From the NCBI RefSeq assembly GCF_006345805.1, contig NC_043014.1, positions 13,578,001-13,642,000 of the forward strand: 64,000 nucleotides of DNA, in the 5' to 3' direction. The stretch is from Octopus sinensis (taxonomy: Eukaryota). The notes under the pieces are model-generated. The model did not search any database and was not told the origin of the DNA. It worked only from the letters and a program-made list of their open reading frames with translations. Position numbers and translations under genes: made by a program. Every line of letters starts with the position of its first letter. The stretch's first letter is position 1. Below, one piece after another: positions 21,440 through 34,420 of this stretch.

Positions 21440-23299
21440 GGAGAACTAGAGAAGTTTCAGGTATGGAAACAAGGTTTAGAATCGAAGGGCCTTAGAATCA
21501 ACCTAGCCAAAACCAAAGTCCTAATAAGTAGGAAGGTAGACCAATCACAAACGCCTTCAGGTAGATGGCCCTGCTCGATCTGTAGAAAAGGTGTAGGTAG
21601 AAACTCTATAAGATGCACCAAGTGTAAGCTATGGACACATAAGAGGTGCAGCAATGTCAAAGGAAGGCTAACTAGGAAGATGGTTTTTGTATGTGGCAGA
21701 TGCTCAGGAACAATTAACACTGAAAATGCTCTGAGACCAACTTCCGTCACTTTCCAGGGAGAAAAGCTAGAAGTAGTTGATAGTTTCCGTTACCTAGGTG
21801 ACCAAGTCAGTAGCGGGGGCGGGTGCGCTGAAAGTATAACTGCTAGAGTAAGAATAGCCTGGGCAAAGTTTAGAGAGCTCTTACCCCTGCTGGTGACAAA
21901 AGGCCTCTCGCTCAAAATAAAAGGCAGACTGTATGATGCATGTGTACGTACAGCCATGCTACATGGTAGTGAAACTTGGGCTGTGACTGCTGAGGATTTG
22001 CGTAAGCTCGCAAGAAATGAAGCTAGTATGCTCCGATGGATGTGTAACGTCAGTGTTCATAATCGACAGAGTGTAAGTACCTTGAGAGAAAAGTTGAACC
22101 TAAGAAGCATCAGTTGTTGTGTGCAAGAGAGACGTATGCACTGGTATGGTCATGTGATGAGAATGGCTGAAGATAGTTGTGTGCGAAAGTGCCACACCCT
22201 GGCAGTTGGGGGGACCTGTGGAAGAGGTAGACCCAGGAAAACCTGGGTCGAGGTGGTGAAGCACGACCTTCGAACTTTAGGTCTCACCAAGGAAATGACC
22301 AGTGACCGAGACCTTTGGAAGTATGCTGTGCGTGAGAAAACCCGGCAAGACCAGTGAGAACAGTCAAAATCAAAATCAAACCAAATAGAGGTCAATCAAC
22401 ATCAGGGCCCCCGTGCAGGTGACACGTAAAAGCACCATCCGTTCGTAGCCGTTTGCCAGCCCTGTCTGGCCCCCGTGTCGGTGGCACGTAAGAGCACCAT
22501 CCGTTTGTGTTCGTTGCCAGCCTGGCCTGGCCCCCGTGCCGGTGACACGTAAAAGCACCATCCGTTTGTGGCCGTTTGCCAGCTCTGTCTGGCCCCCGTG
22601 CCGGTGACACGTAAAAGCACCATCCATTCGTGGCCGTTTGCCAGCCCTGTCTGGCCCCCATGTCGTTGACATGTAAAAGCACCATCCGTTCGTAGCCGTT
22701 TGCCAGCCCTGTCTGGCCCCCATGTCGGTGACATGTAAAAGCACCATCCGTTCGTGTCCGTTGCCAGCCTCGCCTGGCCCCCGTGCCGGTGACACATAAA
22801 AGCACCATCCGTTCATGGCCGTTTGCCAGCCCTGTCTGGCCCCCGTGTTGGTGGCATGTAAAAGCACCATCCGTTCGTGTCCGTTGCCAGCCTCGCCTGG
22901 CCCCCGTGCCGGTGACACGTAAAAGCACCATCCGTTTCGTGGCCGTTTGCCAGCTCTGTCTGGCCCCCGTGTTGGTGGCACGTAAAAGCACCATCCGTTC
23001 GTGTCCGTTGCCAGCCTCGCCTGGCCCCGTGCCGGTGACACGTAAAAGCACCATCCGTTCGTGGCCGTTTGCCAGTTCTGTCTGGCACCTGTGCGGGTGG
23101 CACCTGTGCGGGTGGCACGTAAAAAGCACCCACTACACTCACGGAGTGGTTGGCGTTAGGAAGGGCATTCAGCCGTAGAAACACTGCCAGATCTGACTAG
23201 GCTTGATGAAGCCTTCCAGCTTCACAGACCCCAGTTGAACCGTCCAACCCATGCTAGCATGGAGAACGGACGCTAAATGATGATGATGATGATGATGAT
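21440..23299 (+). mobile_element. 5'-truncated RTE LINE of the same family (RT C-terminal part + PHD finger), with expanded 3' UTR minisatellite
   Basis: Frame open from ~21449 to 22357; nearly identical to the reverse complement of 16498-17420; (GAT)n tail. Confidence 0.95.
22419..23110 (+). repeat. Minisatellite of 11 units of ~60-63 bp in the RTE 3' UTR
   Basis: Repeated ggtgacacgtaaaagcaccatccgttcg...ctggcccccgtgcc with two alternating variants. Confidence 0.95.
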
Positions 23300-23836
23300 A
23301 TATTAGTGATAATTTACAAAAAAACAAGAGGTGAAGACAGGTGGTGTAGACAACAAACAGATGTATTAGTTTAACGCTTGGGAAGTGAGAACGTCTTTTA
23401 CGTTTTGAGCCTACGCTCTTCCACAGAAATAAACAGTGAGAGAAAATAGAAAAGGGTTTAGTGGCTAGTGATCTATTATGGCGAATACCAGACAGAGTGG
23501 TCATATATAAGAAAGAATTTAATCCAGTTTAGGAAGAGAGATTGCCAGTATTACTTGCGTATTTACATTCCTGAGTTGATGGAATGTAGAAAGATAAAGT
23601 GTGTTTAAGGCGTTTTTGGAATGTGAAATATCAAAGCTGGTATGTGTCTTGTGCTTGATTGACTTGAAGAAGGTTAGATGTTAATGTGTAGGTGTGACTC
23701 TGTGTGTGTGTGTGTGTGTGTGTATATCAGTGCTTGTGTGTGTGTGTGGAGGTTTGTATGTGCATGTGTGTGGGTGCATTGGTGTAGCTGTGTATGTATG
23801 TGTGTGCTAGTGTAGGAGTGTGTGTGTGTGTGTGTG

Positions 23837-23882
<46 letters not shown>

Positions 23883-26296
23883 CCCTCTCTCGGAGAGGCA
23901 CAAGCACCTACACACACACATACACATGCGGCAGTATCTTCCGCCTACCAAATTCAATCACAAAGCTTCAGTTGGCCCGGGCCTATAGCAGAAGTCACTT
24001 GCCCAAAGTTCCACATGTTGGGATTGAACCCGAAACCATGTAGCTGGGAGGCAAGCTTCCTAACCACACAGCCATGCCCATATATATATATATATATGTA
24101 CATACTTGTGAGGGTGTGGTATGTGATGTGTTTGAGGAGCAAGATGACGTGTGTGTTGGTGTTTCTGTTTGTGTGTGTATGCATGTATGTATATGTGTGT
24201 AAGGATGTTTTTGGGTGTGTATGTTTGTGTGTGTGTGTCTCTTTCTTTCACTTTGTCTCTCAAAACCACTTGACAACAGGTGTTGATGCTTTCATTTTGC
24301 CATAACTTAGTGGTTCGGCAAAAGAGACTAATAGAATAAGTACCAGGTATAAAAGAGAAAAGGAAACAAGTACTGGGGTCAATTCATTTAATAAAAAATT
24401 CTCCAAGGCGGTGCTCCAGCATGGCCACCGCATAATGACTTAAGCAAGTAAAAGATATATATTCAGAGAGAGAGAACTGGCACTCTGTCACAGTGTCAAG
24501 GATTCCACTTGATCTGATCAGCAGAACAGCCTGCTTACAAAATTAAAGTGCAAGTGGCTGAGCGCTCCACAGACACACATACACTTAATGTAGTTCTTGG
24601 GGAGATCCAGCATTATGCAGAATGTGATAAGGCTGGCTCTTTAAAGTTCAGGTACAACTTGTTTTTGCCTGCTGAGTTAATGGGTACAATGTGAATAAAG
24701 TGTCTTACTCAAGGACACAGCACACCGCCAGGAATTGAACTGACAACCTTATGATTGTGAGCCAAATACCCTAAGCACTAAGCCACGCACCTTCTCCCAT
24801 CCCCACACATGCACTCATGATTGACCCACATTGAAGATTAGTTTGATTGTTCAGTGAACTGACAGCACACAATGACCTGATAAACAATAAACAACACACC
24901 CACATTCACCAAGGTGTACAATTCATGTGAACATGAGAATGACATGCTTCCAGCATGTGATCTAGCTAAGAAATCAGGACAATTTCTAATTTGCGCCTAT
25001 GCTAAGCTACAAACAATGTGTGCGGCAACTTGAAGATCCACACACCACACGAGATAGACTGGCGGTTGCACTGGCGCGAAAGCTACATTGTTAACCTCAT
25101 CCCGTAAACGGTGGCTTTTAATGGGTGGAGAGCTGAACCATCCTGGGGTACAGAGGATTCACAATCTAGACTAGGGTCTGAAAGTTTACCACACCATAGT
25201 GGGTTACACCATGGTTCCTCTGCTTTGTGGCAGAAGTAGGAAGAAAGAGTGAGAGAAAGTTGTGGTGAGTGCAGTGTCTGAATTCAGACCATGGCAGGGT
25301 TCATTTTCTCTTTCAAGTTGTCGGGGTCAGCATAGTAAATCAACATTTGTACCTGAACAGTAGAAATGTTGATTTAATAAATAATACTCTGTTCTCTGAT
25401 TTTGGGGATTTTTTGCCTATGTTAGAAATTCGAACTCATTTTAATCTTATTATGGGTCAGCATCATTGTCTCAGAGGAGTGACAGTACCACACCAAGTGC
25501 TTTATATTGCATGGTCATTCCTTATCTGTTGTTATGTGAAAGTGCAAACATCATTGGATGACGCCATCACTGGGTGTATGATGAAAAAATTTGTGGTATT
25601 GTGATGTACGTCATAAGATATAAAGCTTGTTGACGCAACTAGAAAAACAGAACACAAAATATAAATATATATCTTTTATATTATATCATTTACTTGTTTC
25701 ACTCATTAGACTGTGGCCATGCTGGAGCACTGACTTGGAGAATTCTTTTTAGTTGTATGAATTGGCCCCAGTCCTTTTTTTCCTTAAAGTCTTTTATTGA
25801 TCTCGGGTCTTTTCTGTGGCTGCCAATTTTGAATGTCTGCAATTTCTGCTCACTGCTATCAAGGCAAAGATGGCTGATCCGCAAGTATGAGCCCCGTGAA
25901 TCAGAGCGGCTGTTCCAGTGCATTTCCCTGGGGCCGTGAAGCAGTCTGCTTTTTATAGGAAATTATGCGATAATGATGAAATACATAGAAATATAAATAA
26001 ATTTTTACAATTCATTATAATAATCCTGTCTATTATAGGCACAAGGCCCAAAATTTTGGCGGGAGAGGGTTAGGTGATTACATCGACCCCAGTGTTTTAC
26101 TAGTACTCAATTTATTGACCTGGAAAGGATAAAAGGCCAAGTCAACCTCAGCAGAATTTGAACTCACAACATACTGACAAACAAAATGCTACTAAAGGTT
26201 TTGCCTGGCTTGCTGCCTTACTTCATTATAATAATAACATTAAACTTCATCCTGTTTTGATCAACACCAATAATGACAGCAACAGCGTCATGTGGA

Positions 26297-26669
26297 GCAA
26301 CAATGGCCCAGTGGTTAGGGCAGCGGACTCGCGGTCGTAAGAACATGGTTTCGATTCCCAGACCGAGCATTGTGTTTATAGAGCAAAAACACCTAAGCTC
26401 CATGAGGTTGCAGTGGGAGCGTGGGGGGTGATAGTGAACCCTGCTGTATTCTTTCACCACAACTTTCTCTCACTCTTTCTTCCTACTTCTGCCACAAAGC
26501 AGAGGGACCATGGCGTAACCCACTATGGTGTGGTAAACTTTCAGACCCTAGTCTAGATTGCGAATCCTCTGTACCCCAGGATGGTTCACCTTTCCACCCG
26601 TTAAAAGCCACCGTTTACGGAATGAGGATAGCAACAGAACTTTCGCGCCCGTGCGACCCCCAGTCTATC
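26297..26669 (+). mobile_element. SINE family C plus ~180-bp 3' extension
   Basis: Same head as 2070; the tail and extension recur inverted at 25053-25268. Confidence 0.75.
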
Positions 26670-26965
26670 AGCATTTCAATCAAAATGAAAACCAAATTTT
26701 TATCCTAAATTGTATTTACGTCATCAGTTTCACACACACATACATAAATATTGGCTCTCAATCGTTCTTTGTCTCAGATTTGTCAATGTTTACAGCTGGT
26801 TGTTCATAAATATCTGTAAAATATTTTTATTTAATTTTGTTTTCGTTATGTGTTGAGGACGACATTTGCTTTGAAGTTGGTGGAAAGTGAAACCAGTACG
26901 TGCACACATGCACATACACACGTCAAGCACATTTTAACTTATGTGTTCATGACTTCAATAGTAAA

Positions 26966-27880
26966 ACACACTGGCGCAATGTATGTAAATAGACACCCTT
27001 TTAATCATTAAAGTTTATTTAAATCTGAAATTATGCATTCAAATTATTTATTCTTATGATGTGAATATCTTATATTTAGTAGACATGCCTTTTGCATTTT
27101 TCAATGCAAGGACCCTATTAGGCATGCTACTGATCAGATGATGAATATTCTCTTGAGGATTTTCTTGCCATGTTTCATGCAGTAATCTCAAAAGATCTGG
27201 CTTTGAGAATGATTTCTTGTTCTTTTTACGAAATGGCCTGTCTATTATGCCCCAGGGGTGTTCAGTAGGGTTAGTATCTGGTGACTGGCTTGGCCATGGA
27301 AGCGTTTTATGCAATTCTCTTCCATCCGATCTTGGGTTTTTTTAGCCATGTGACAAGGAGCCTCATCTTCCATAAATAATGAGTCTTCTTTAATCATTTC
27401 ACCAGTGGAGAAGATTGGAAAGAACCCTTCCTGTAATATTGACATATTTATCTGAGTTCATGTTTCCCTCATACTCCACCAGCTCTGATCGATCATTGCT
27501 CCAAATCATTCCCCAGAATAACCACCATGTTTCATTGCTGGCTGCAATCTTTTTAAGTCAAATTCTTGATCACAGAACCTCCAGACCCTCACTTGACCAC
27601 TGTCAGAAAATACAGCAAATCTGGACTCATCAGAGAATATGACACTATCCCAAAATGTTAGCGACCTCTCCACCATCTCACTGGCTCAATCTTTTCTCCA
27701 CTTGATATTGGCTAGTTGAAGAAGTGGCTTCCTTCTTGCTACTCTGCCATAGTAGCCAGGTTTGTGGAGATACCTGACAGCTGTTCTGGGACTGACATCA
27801 ACTCTTCTCCATTATGTCGGAGTTTACTCACTTTTACCCAATCAGAAAACAGGATTTGAAAACTGGTATTTTGTGCATGA
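26966..27880 (-). mobile_element. Degraded Tc1-like (DD34E) transposon
   Basis: WDSVIFSDES, FMEDEAPCH and WPSQSPDTNPTEHPW motifs in broken frames; a TIR-like end at ~26966 only. Confidence 0.85.
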
Positions 27881-27939
27881 TAGAAAATCTCACATTATGA
27901 TGACAAATTTTTATGTAAACAAAATGAAAGCAAAAGTTT

Positions 27940-28425
27940 GAGAATGCACTCTAGGAGTTTGAAATTTGTCATCATAATGTTGGGATCATTCAAAGTCGAT
28001 GGAACTCATGGAAGACTCAAGAAGACATGGGATGAGGTACTGAAGCACAACCTCAGGACACTGAACCTTATGGAGGAGATGACAAAGGACCAAGATATCT
28101 GGTGCCTTGCTGTACTCAAGACCACCTGGCATCCACAGCAGAAGAGTTGATGCTGCTCCTCCTGATGAAAAAGATTGGCCCGGTAAAACCCTGGGCTGGT
28201 GCCACATAAAACGTACTTATGCTGGTGCCATGTAAAAGCATTCATGGCAGTGCCGCGTTAGAAGCACTCAGCATACATTGTAAAGTAATTGTTGTTAGGA
28301 AGGACATCCAGCTATAAGAACCAAGCCAAATCAGATTGGGACCTGGTGCAGCTCTCTTGCTTATCAGCTTTGGTCAAAACATCCAGCTCATGCCAGCATG
28401 GAAAACAGATGTTAAAGGATGATAT
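27940..28425 (+). mobile_element. Degraded RTE 3' end (GRLKKTWDEVLKHNLRTLNL + UTR)
   Basis: RTE C-terminal motif followed by the UTR signature. Confidence 0.8.
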
Positions 28426-29602
28426 AAGGAATTATATTTATATAAAGTAGTTGTATACTGTCAACTTAATGTGACGGTCCCATGAAGGAAATCACACCAC
28501 TGCTATTTAGCTTCCTGTCAGCCGTGACATTTCCTGTGTCCTTATGTTTACAAGGGGGACCCAAGCACCTCGACCCAGCTTATATCTGAGATATTTAGAA
28601 ATGTAATATTTCTATATTTATATTTATATTCATAAAATGTATTTCCCATATTGTAATGAAATGTGTGACGCAGAAACAGTTGAGAGTTAGTGACAGGAAG
28701 GGCATCTGGTCATAGATCTCCCCTAACAAATTTCATCCAACTCCTACCAGCATGAAAAAGTGGATGTTGATAATGATTGATGATGATGGAGAAGGATGAC
28801 AACAATGATGAATCATGTTTTCAGGTTTGATCTGACTGCGTGACACCTTAGGCAGATGCCTTGTGAATGAAATCTTGGCCAGAAGAAACTACAGATGCCT
28901 ATGGTGTGTGTGTGTCCCTCTCCCTCCCTCTCTCTCTCTCTCTCTCTCCCTCTACATGTCTTCCTTCACATTGACATCACTTGGGCAGTGGTGCTGTTTA
29001 TGTCCTGCAGCTTGGCAGTCCAACATCAAAAGACCTATGGAATAGAAGTACCTTACATGAAAACAACATAAATGTTGGCTTCAGGAAGACCATCTGGCTG
29101 TAAAATCTTACTTCAAAAAATTTTGTGTAACCCATGCCAGCATGGAAAAATATAATAAGCTCGCAGAAAACAATAACAGATGTTGAATATCATTTCCATT
29201 AAAACCTTGAATGCTAATTTATTTTACTTGGTTGCATTTTTGTCTGTCTTTACATTCTCAGTTTGAATACTGCCAAAGTTTATTTTGCCTTTCCTTCTTT
29301 CGAGGCCAATAAAATAAGAACCTGTTGATTGCTGGGGGTCGATGTAATCAGCTTTGAAGAAATGATAGCATCACAACCTTCACTGCTACCACCCTCACCA
29401 CAACCCTCACTGTGAACATTACTATAGTGATTACAGTAGAAAAGTCAGTGCCACCACAACCCTTACCACCACCATTAGCATTGCTGTAACCATTATTACA
29501 GTTATTCTGGGCAAAGTACCAAAAAGCAAAAAGTAAGGTTTATGGGGAAAAAAAAAAAAAGGTCGTTAAATTAAAATGTCATTAATTTCTTTTTTGTTTC
29601 AG

Positions 29603-29814
29603 AACGTCTTATCAAAGCTTACTTCTTGATTGTCCGTAAGAGTATACAAGACAGTGTACCGAAAGCTATTATGCACTTTTTAGTTAATTACGTCAAGGAC
29701 AACTTACAGAGTGAGCTCGTTAGTCAATTATACAAGAAGGAAGAGATCGACACCTTACTGGATGAGTCCGAACACATTGCTACCCGGAGAAAAGAAGGTC
29801 ACGAAATGTTACAA
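29603..29814 (+). CDS. DNM1L: Drp1/DNM1L exon, GTPase effector domain: (E)[39 protein letters not shown]...EGHEMLQ
   Basis: tttttgtttcag acceptor; phase 1 completes GAA from the previous exon; CAA|gtgggt donor; near-invariant Drp1 GED sequence. Confidence 0.97.
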
Positions 29815-30695
29815 GTGGGTATTCCTCTCTTTCTTTCCTTTATTTATTCATTTTTTTTTTCATTTATTCTTGTTTTATTCTTAACCGGAGAGAAATTCAA
29901 AGTGGCAATTGTTAAAAGTTTCTTGACTAAGATCCAGGGCAGATGTGAGAATATGCATTTGGAATGTTTGTGGGTGTTTTTTCTTGATTATCCTTAGGCT
30001 GTGTTTCATAAACATTTTTGTGGTGGAATTAAAATATTTGAAATATATTTTGAATATGTTCAGATACTTGGAATTTGATTTTATTTAACACCAGACATGG
30101 TAAGCTGTTTTCTAGAATATTCCATGATGTCTGTTTTCTTTGTCTCAGTATCCATTCATTCATTTTCTTCCCTTGCTTTCCTGGAAGTTAGGAAAGGTAG
30201 TTGGGGTAAAATTCTCAGACACTTCCTCCGTAGAGTCCTATCAGAAGCAGCCACCATTACACTTTCCAACTGGATTCCCAAGTCTGACCAATTGGAACTA
30301 TAGATATTAGGTCTCCGGTTGGCTTGGCTTGAAGAGTCCATCTTGCATTTTTTTTTCCTGCAGCATTCTAATTTCATGTCCATTGTACTGAAGCTGTGAC
30401 CTCTCAATGCAGAGAATTAGCAGCTTGACCTAGAGAAACCACCAAAAGCTGCAATAGGAAAAGGGGTTCAAAAATAATAAAAAAACAATACCAGTTGTCC
30501 ATCATGTTGATTATTAAGGATCCATTTGAAAGATATATTGCTATCTCCACCCACTGCTGGTACAAGCAGCAATAAGCCTTCAGCTTATTATGAGAGGTTC
30601 TGAGTAGGAACATAAAAGATGCATACACTTCAACATCTATTCTTCAAAAAAAAAAATTTGATATATTCATATATATATGTGGTTATATTGGTGAA

Positions 30696-31010
30696 GGTAC
30701 GTGGCTCAGTGGTTAGTGTCGGGCTCACAGTCATGAAGTAGTGAGTTCGATTCCTGGACTGGGCTGTATGTTATGTTCTTGAGCAAGACACTTTATTTCA
30801 CGTTACTCCAGTTCATTCAGCTGTAGAAATAAGTTGGAATGTCACTGGTGACAAGTTGTATTGGCCTTTACTTTTCCCTTGGATAACATCGGTAGCACGG
30901 AGAGGGGAGGCTGGTATGCATAGGTGACTGCTGGTCTTACATTAACAACCTTGCCCGGACTTGTGCCTCGGAGCAATCCCACGGTCATTCATGACTGAAG
31001 GGTGTCTTTA
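30696..31010 (+). mobile_element. SINE family D
   Basis: GTGGCTCAGTGGTTAG A-box, GAGTTCGATTCC B-box; copies at 62191-62520 and a partial at 43324-43550. Confidence 0.85.
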
Positions 31011-31990
31011 TTCTGTTTATATTGGTGATGAGGACACATTGTCTAGCAGTTATAGTGTTGCACTCATGATAAGATTGTGGTTTCTGTTCCTAAACTAGGT
31101 GGTGCATTACGTTCTTGAGCAAAACACTTCATCTTATGTTGCTCTGCGATCACTTCGAATAAATACACATTTTCATTTACTTTATGGCACAGCCTTGAAA
31201 ACACAATTATGCACGTGTAATGGGTAGCATGCCACAGAACAGGAATTAGAAAATGACTAGTCAAGGACCAGATAGTTATGCATATGATAAAGTGTGATAA
31301 ATTGCTCTTTTACTTCTTATAATGGATCAAAATAATTTCAATTTACTGACCCATCCTACACGAGCCCTGTAAAATGCACCCAGTATACTCTGTAAAGTGA
31401 TTGGCATTGGAAAGGACATCCAGCCATAGAAACCATGCTCTAAAAACAACTGGAGCCTGGACAGATTTCCTGTCTGCCATCTCTTGTCAAATCATCCAAC
31501 CCATGCCAGCATGCAACCGTCCAGGCAACGTTGATTTGATGGAGGGCAGTGAGCTAATGTACAGCACATAGATTGGATCACTATAAACCAGTCATTTGTG
31601 CAGACCATTCAGCAAAAGCTGAACGCTCGTATGTTGTCTTTGATGGGTGAGTCCATCATATGGTTATGCAAAGATGGGAGAGTACAAAGTTTAGTGGACA
31701 TCATATCTGAGAAAAGCTCCTCAATCAATTTCACAATAGCTTTCTTCTAGCTGTTGAAGTCTTTTCATCTCTTTGAACCTCGCTTTGGGAACTTTTCGCA
31801 GTGGAACTAAAAGTCTGTTGATTCTGCCAGCTTGCCGCTAGAGGGTTCAAGTACTGGTCAAATACTGTGGTTGATTTCATTGACTTACCTTATCTCCTAA
31901 TTTGTTACCTTGTGCCAATGTTAGAAATTATGACTTTATTTATTTATTATTATTATTATTATTATATATATTTTTTTTTGCTAATTTCAG

Positions 31991-32047
31991 GCTTTACAAC
32001 GTGCTAGCCAGATCATTAGTGAAATCCGTGAGATTCACCTATGGTGA
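31991..32047 (+). CDS. DNM1L: Drp1/DNM1L terminal coding exon: ALQRASQIISEIREIHLW*
   Basis: ctaatttcag acceptor, phase 0; the Drp1 C-terminus (SQII.EIRE.HLW) then TGA. Confidence 0.97.
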   Translation, partial: ALQRASQIISEIREIHLW

Positions 32048-33000
32048 CCAGCTGCCTTCTTATAGTTGCACAATCCTTTACAGTCTATCAGGAGTAACAT
32101 GGGGACAGGCTGGCTGCTGTTGCCGCTTTCATCACACCACCAAAGTCGAGCTTCGGAGTCTATTGTCGGTTCTTTACTTCATCAGCCTCACTTTCGTCTT
32201 CTGCTCTCCGAAAAAATGTTTTTCTCTTCCTCTCTCTCTCTCTTGCTCTTTTTTCTCTTTCTTTCTTTTTTTTTTTTTGTACTCTGTACTGACAAAACGT
32301 TGTCTTGTGCTCACTAACTCCGTAATGGATGCAGGATCCTCATTGACCAGCCGAGTGACAGACCCAATCAGTGTCCAGTTTCAGGGAAAAAAAAAAACAA
32401 AGAATAAACAAAAACATCTGCTTTCCTTACTGTTGGTATAAACTGCAGTTTTCTGCTGCCAGCAACAACTGACAAGAGGACACATGCAACAGTAGCAACA
32501 ACAATGTATAACACATTCTTCCCGCCCACCCACCCATCCTCACCCACCAGAAAATACAAAAAAAAATAAAGATGAAATAGATTTTTTTTTTTTTTCAAAA
32601 TTTTTTTCAGGGTGACATTCCTAATGAAACATTAATGTTGTTTTTTTGTTGTTTTTTTTTACTTGTTTCTTTGTTTTAGTCAAAAACAAACATTCTTTTA
32701 CACCCACCAAAATTCAATAAAGGTACATCGTCTATCTAGCTACTGTAGGTAGGTAGATAGAGAAATAGATATATCGGATAGATATTTCTTTTTAATATTT
32801 CCCTCCCCCCTCTCCAATCACCCCCCCCACCTACATTCTGTAAAAAAAAATAAGAAAAAAAAAGCAACAAAAAGACAACAGTTCTGTTATCCTATCAACT
32901 AGCAATATATTATGGCATGTAATTTAATCAAATGAACTTGAATTGATTCTTGTTGTTAAATGGTTGTTTTTATTTATTGTTTTGATCTCTTGTTTTCCTT
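32048..33000 (+). other. DNM1L: Probable Drp1 3' UTR
   Basis: Repeat-free stretch after the stop codon; AATAAA at 32403, 32565 and 32716. True end unknown. Confidence 0.6.
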
Positions 33001-33089
33001 CTTTAAAATACATGTGTGTGTGTGTGTGTGTGTGTGTTATAAGATATATTATGCTTGTGTGTAACATCTATATATACATGTGTGTACAT

Positions 33090-33304
33090 CAGTGCTTTTC
33101 AAACTTTTTGCTGAAGTGAAACCCCAAGGAAACATTTCACTGGCTCGAGGAACCCCTGTGCAATAATTTGTCTTATGCACACATATCTGCACAGGAGAAT
33201 TAAAAATTACTGCCGATTTTAACATTTTTGTAACTTCTTGCGGAACCCCTGGACTGTACTGGCGGAACCCTAAGGTTCCACGGAACCCTGGTTGAAAACC
33301 ACTG
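33090..33304. mobile_element. hAT-type MITE, 215 bp
   Basis: CAGTG...CACTG TIRs; perfect 8-bp TSD GTGTACAT. Confidence 0.9.
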
Positions 33305-33317
33305 GTGTACATATATC

Positions 33318-33858
33318 AAAATCAAAATCAAATTTGATGACTGGCATCCATGCTAGCGGGGTGCAAAGAGCACCATACGAGTGTGATCGTTGATAGAGCA
33401 GCTAACCAGCTTCGGTGCCAGTGGCACATAAAAAGCACCATTCGAGTGTGATCGTTACCAGCGTTGCCTTACTGGCACTTGTGCCCGTGCTAGTAGGGTG
33501 CCAAGAGCACCATCTGAGCGTGATCGTTGCCAGAGCGGCTAACTGGCTTCCGTGTCGGTGGAACATAAAAGACACCATTCAAGCGTGATCGTTACCAGCA
33601 TCGCCTTACTGGCACCTGTGCCAGTGGCATGTGTAAAAAGATTTGAGCAAGGTTGTTGCCAGTACTGCCTGACTGGCACGTAAAATGCACCCACTACACT
33701 CTCGGAGTGGTTGGCGTTAGGAAGGGCATCCAGCTGTAGAAACTCTGCCAGATCAAGATTGGAGCCTGGTGCAGCTATCTGGTTCGCCAGTCCTCAGTCA
33801 AAATCGTCCAACCCATGCTAGCATGGAAAGCAGACGTTAAATGGTGATGATGGTGATA
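33318..33858 (+). mobile_element. RTE 3' UTR fragment
   Basis: UTR repeats, ggagtggttggcgttaggaagggcatccagc and tail. Confidence 0.85.
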
Positions 33859-33949
33859 TATATATAAAAGACATGTCAAGCTAAGTAAAAGCATGGCTGT
33901 CCTTGCATATAGGCTTGTCCCCTGCAACCTTCTCCAGTTGAGCATCCCT

Positions 33950-34157
33950 AATCTTGCACATAAAAAGCGCCCATGCCGGTGCTGCATAAAAGCACCCAAT
34001 ACACTCTGTAAAGGGGTCGGCATTAGGAAGGGCATCCAGCCATGCCAAAACAGACATGGAACCTGAACAGCCCTTCAGCTGGTTAACTCCTGTGAAACTG
34101 TCCAACCCATGCCAGCATGGAAAAACAGAAAAACAGACGTTAAATGACGATGATGAT
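33950..34157 (+). mobile_element. Diverged RTE 3'-end fragment
   Basis: UTR signature and tail. Confidence 0.7.
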
Positions 34158-34199
34158 ACATACACACTAGGTGTATTCCAGAAACAAGTACAAAATTCT

Positions 34200-34420
34200 A
34201 ATCTCCATCAGACAGTATCCTCTAATTTCAAAGCATTTCATGAAGGCCTCATATAAGTCCTCCAAAACGAAGTGTCCAGGACCCTTGTCACAGACTCCTT
34301 CAGCTTGAAGAAAATCCAGAAGTTACAGGGAGCAAGGTTTGGCTTATAGGGAGGTAAGGGGCAGTTTTGATGTCCATCTCTGTCAAGTAGTTGGTTATCA
34401 GGTTGGAATTGTAGACTTTT
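34200..34420 (-). mobile_element. Mariner C-terminal remnant
   Basis: Decayed HPPYSPDLAPCDFWLF.KLKE-like segment. Confidence 0.55.

Noticed and set aside
22376-23184. Overlapping 120-245 aa ORFs and a CRISPR-like look
   Set aside because: These are translations of the RTE UTR minisatellite. The units are contiguous, with no unique spacers and no cas genes, in a eukaryotic context.
32140-32190. CUGAUGA antisense in the Drp1 3' UTR
   Set aside because: Only a 3-bp helix II and GAAGC instead of GAAAC; chance match.
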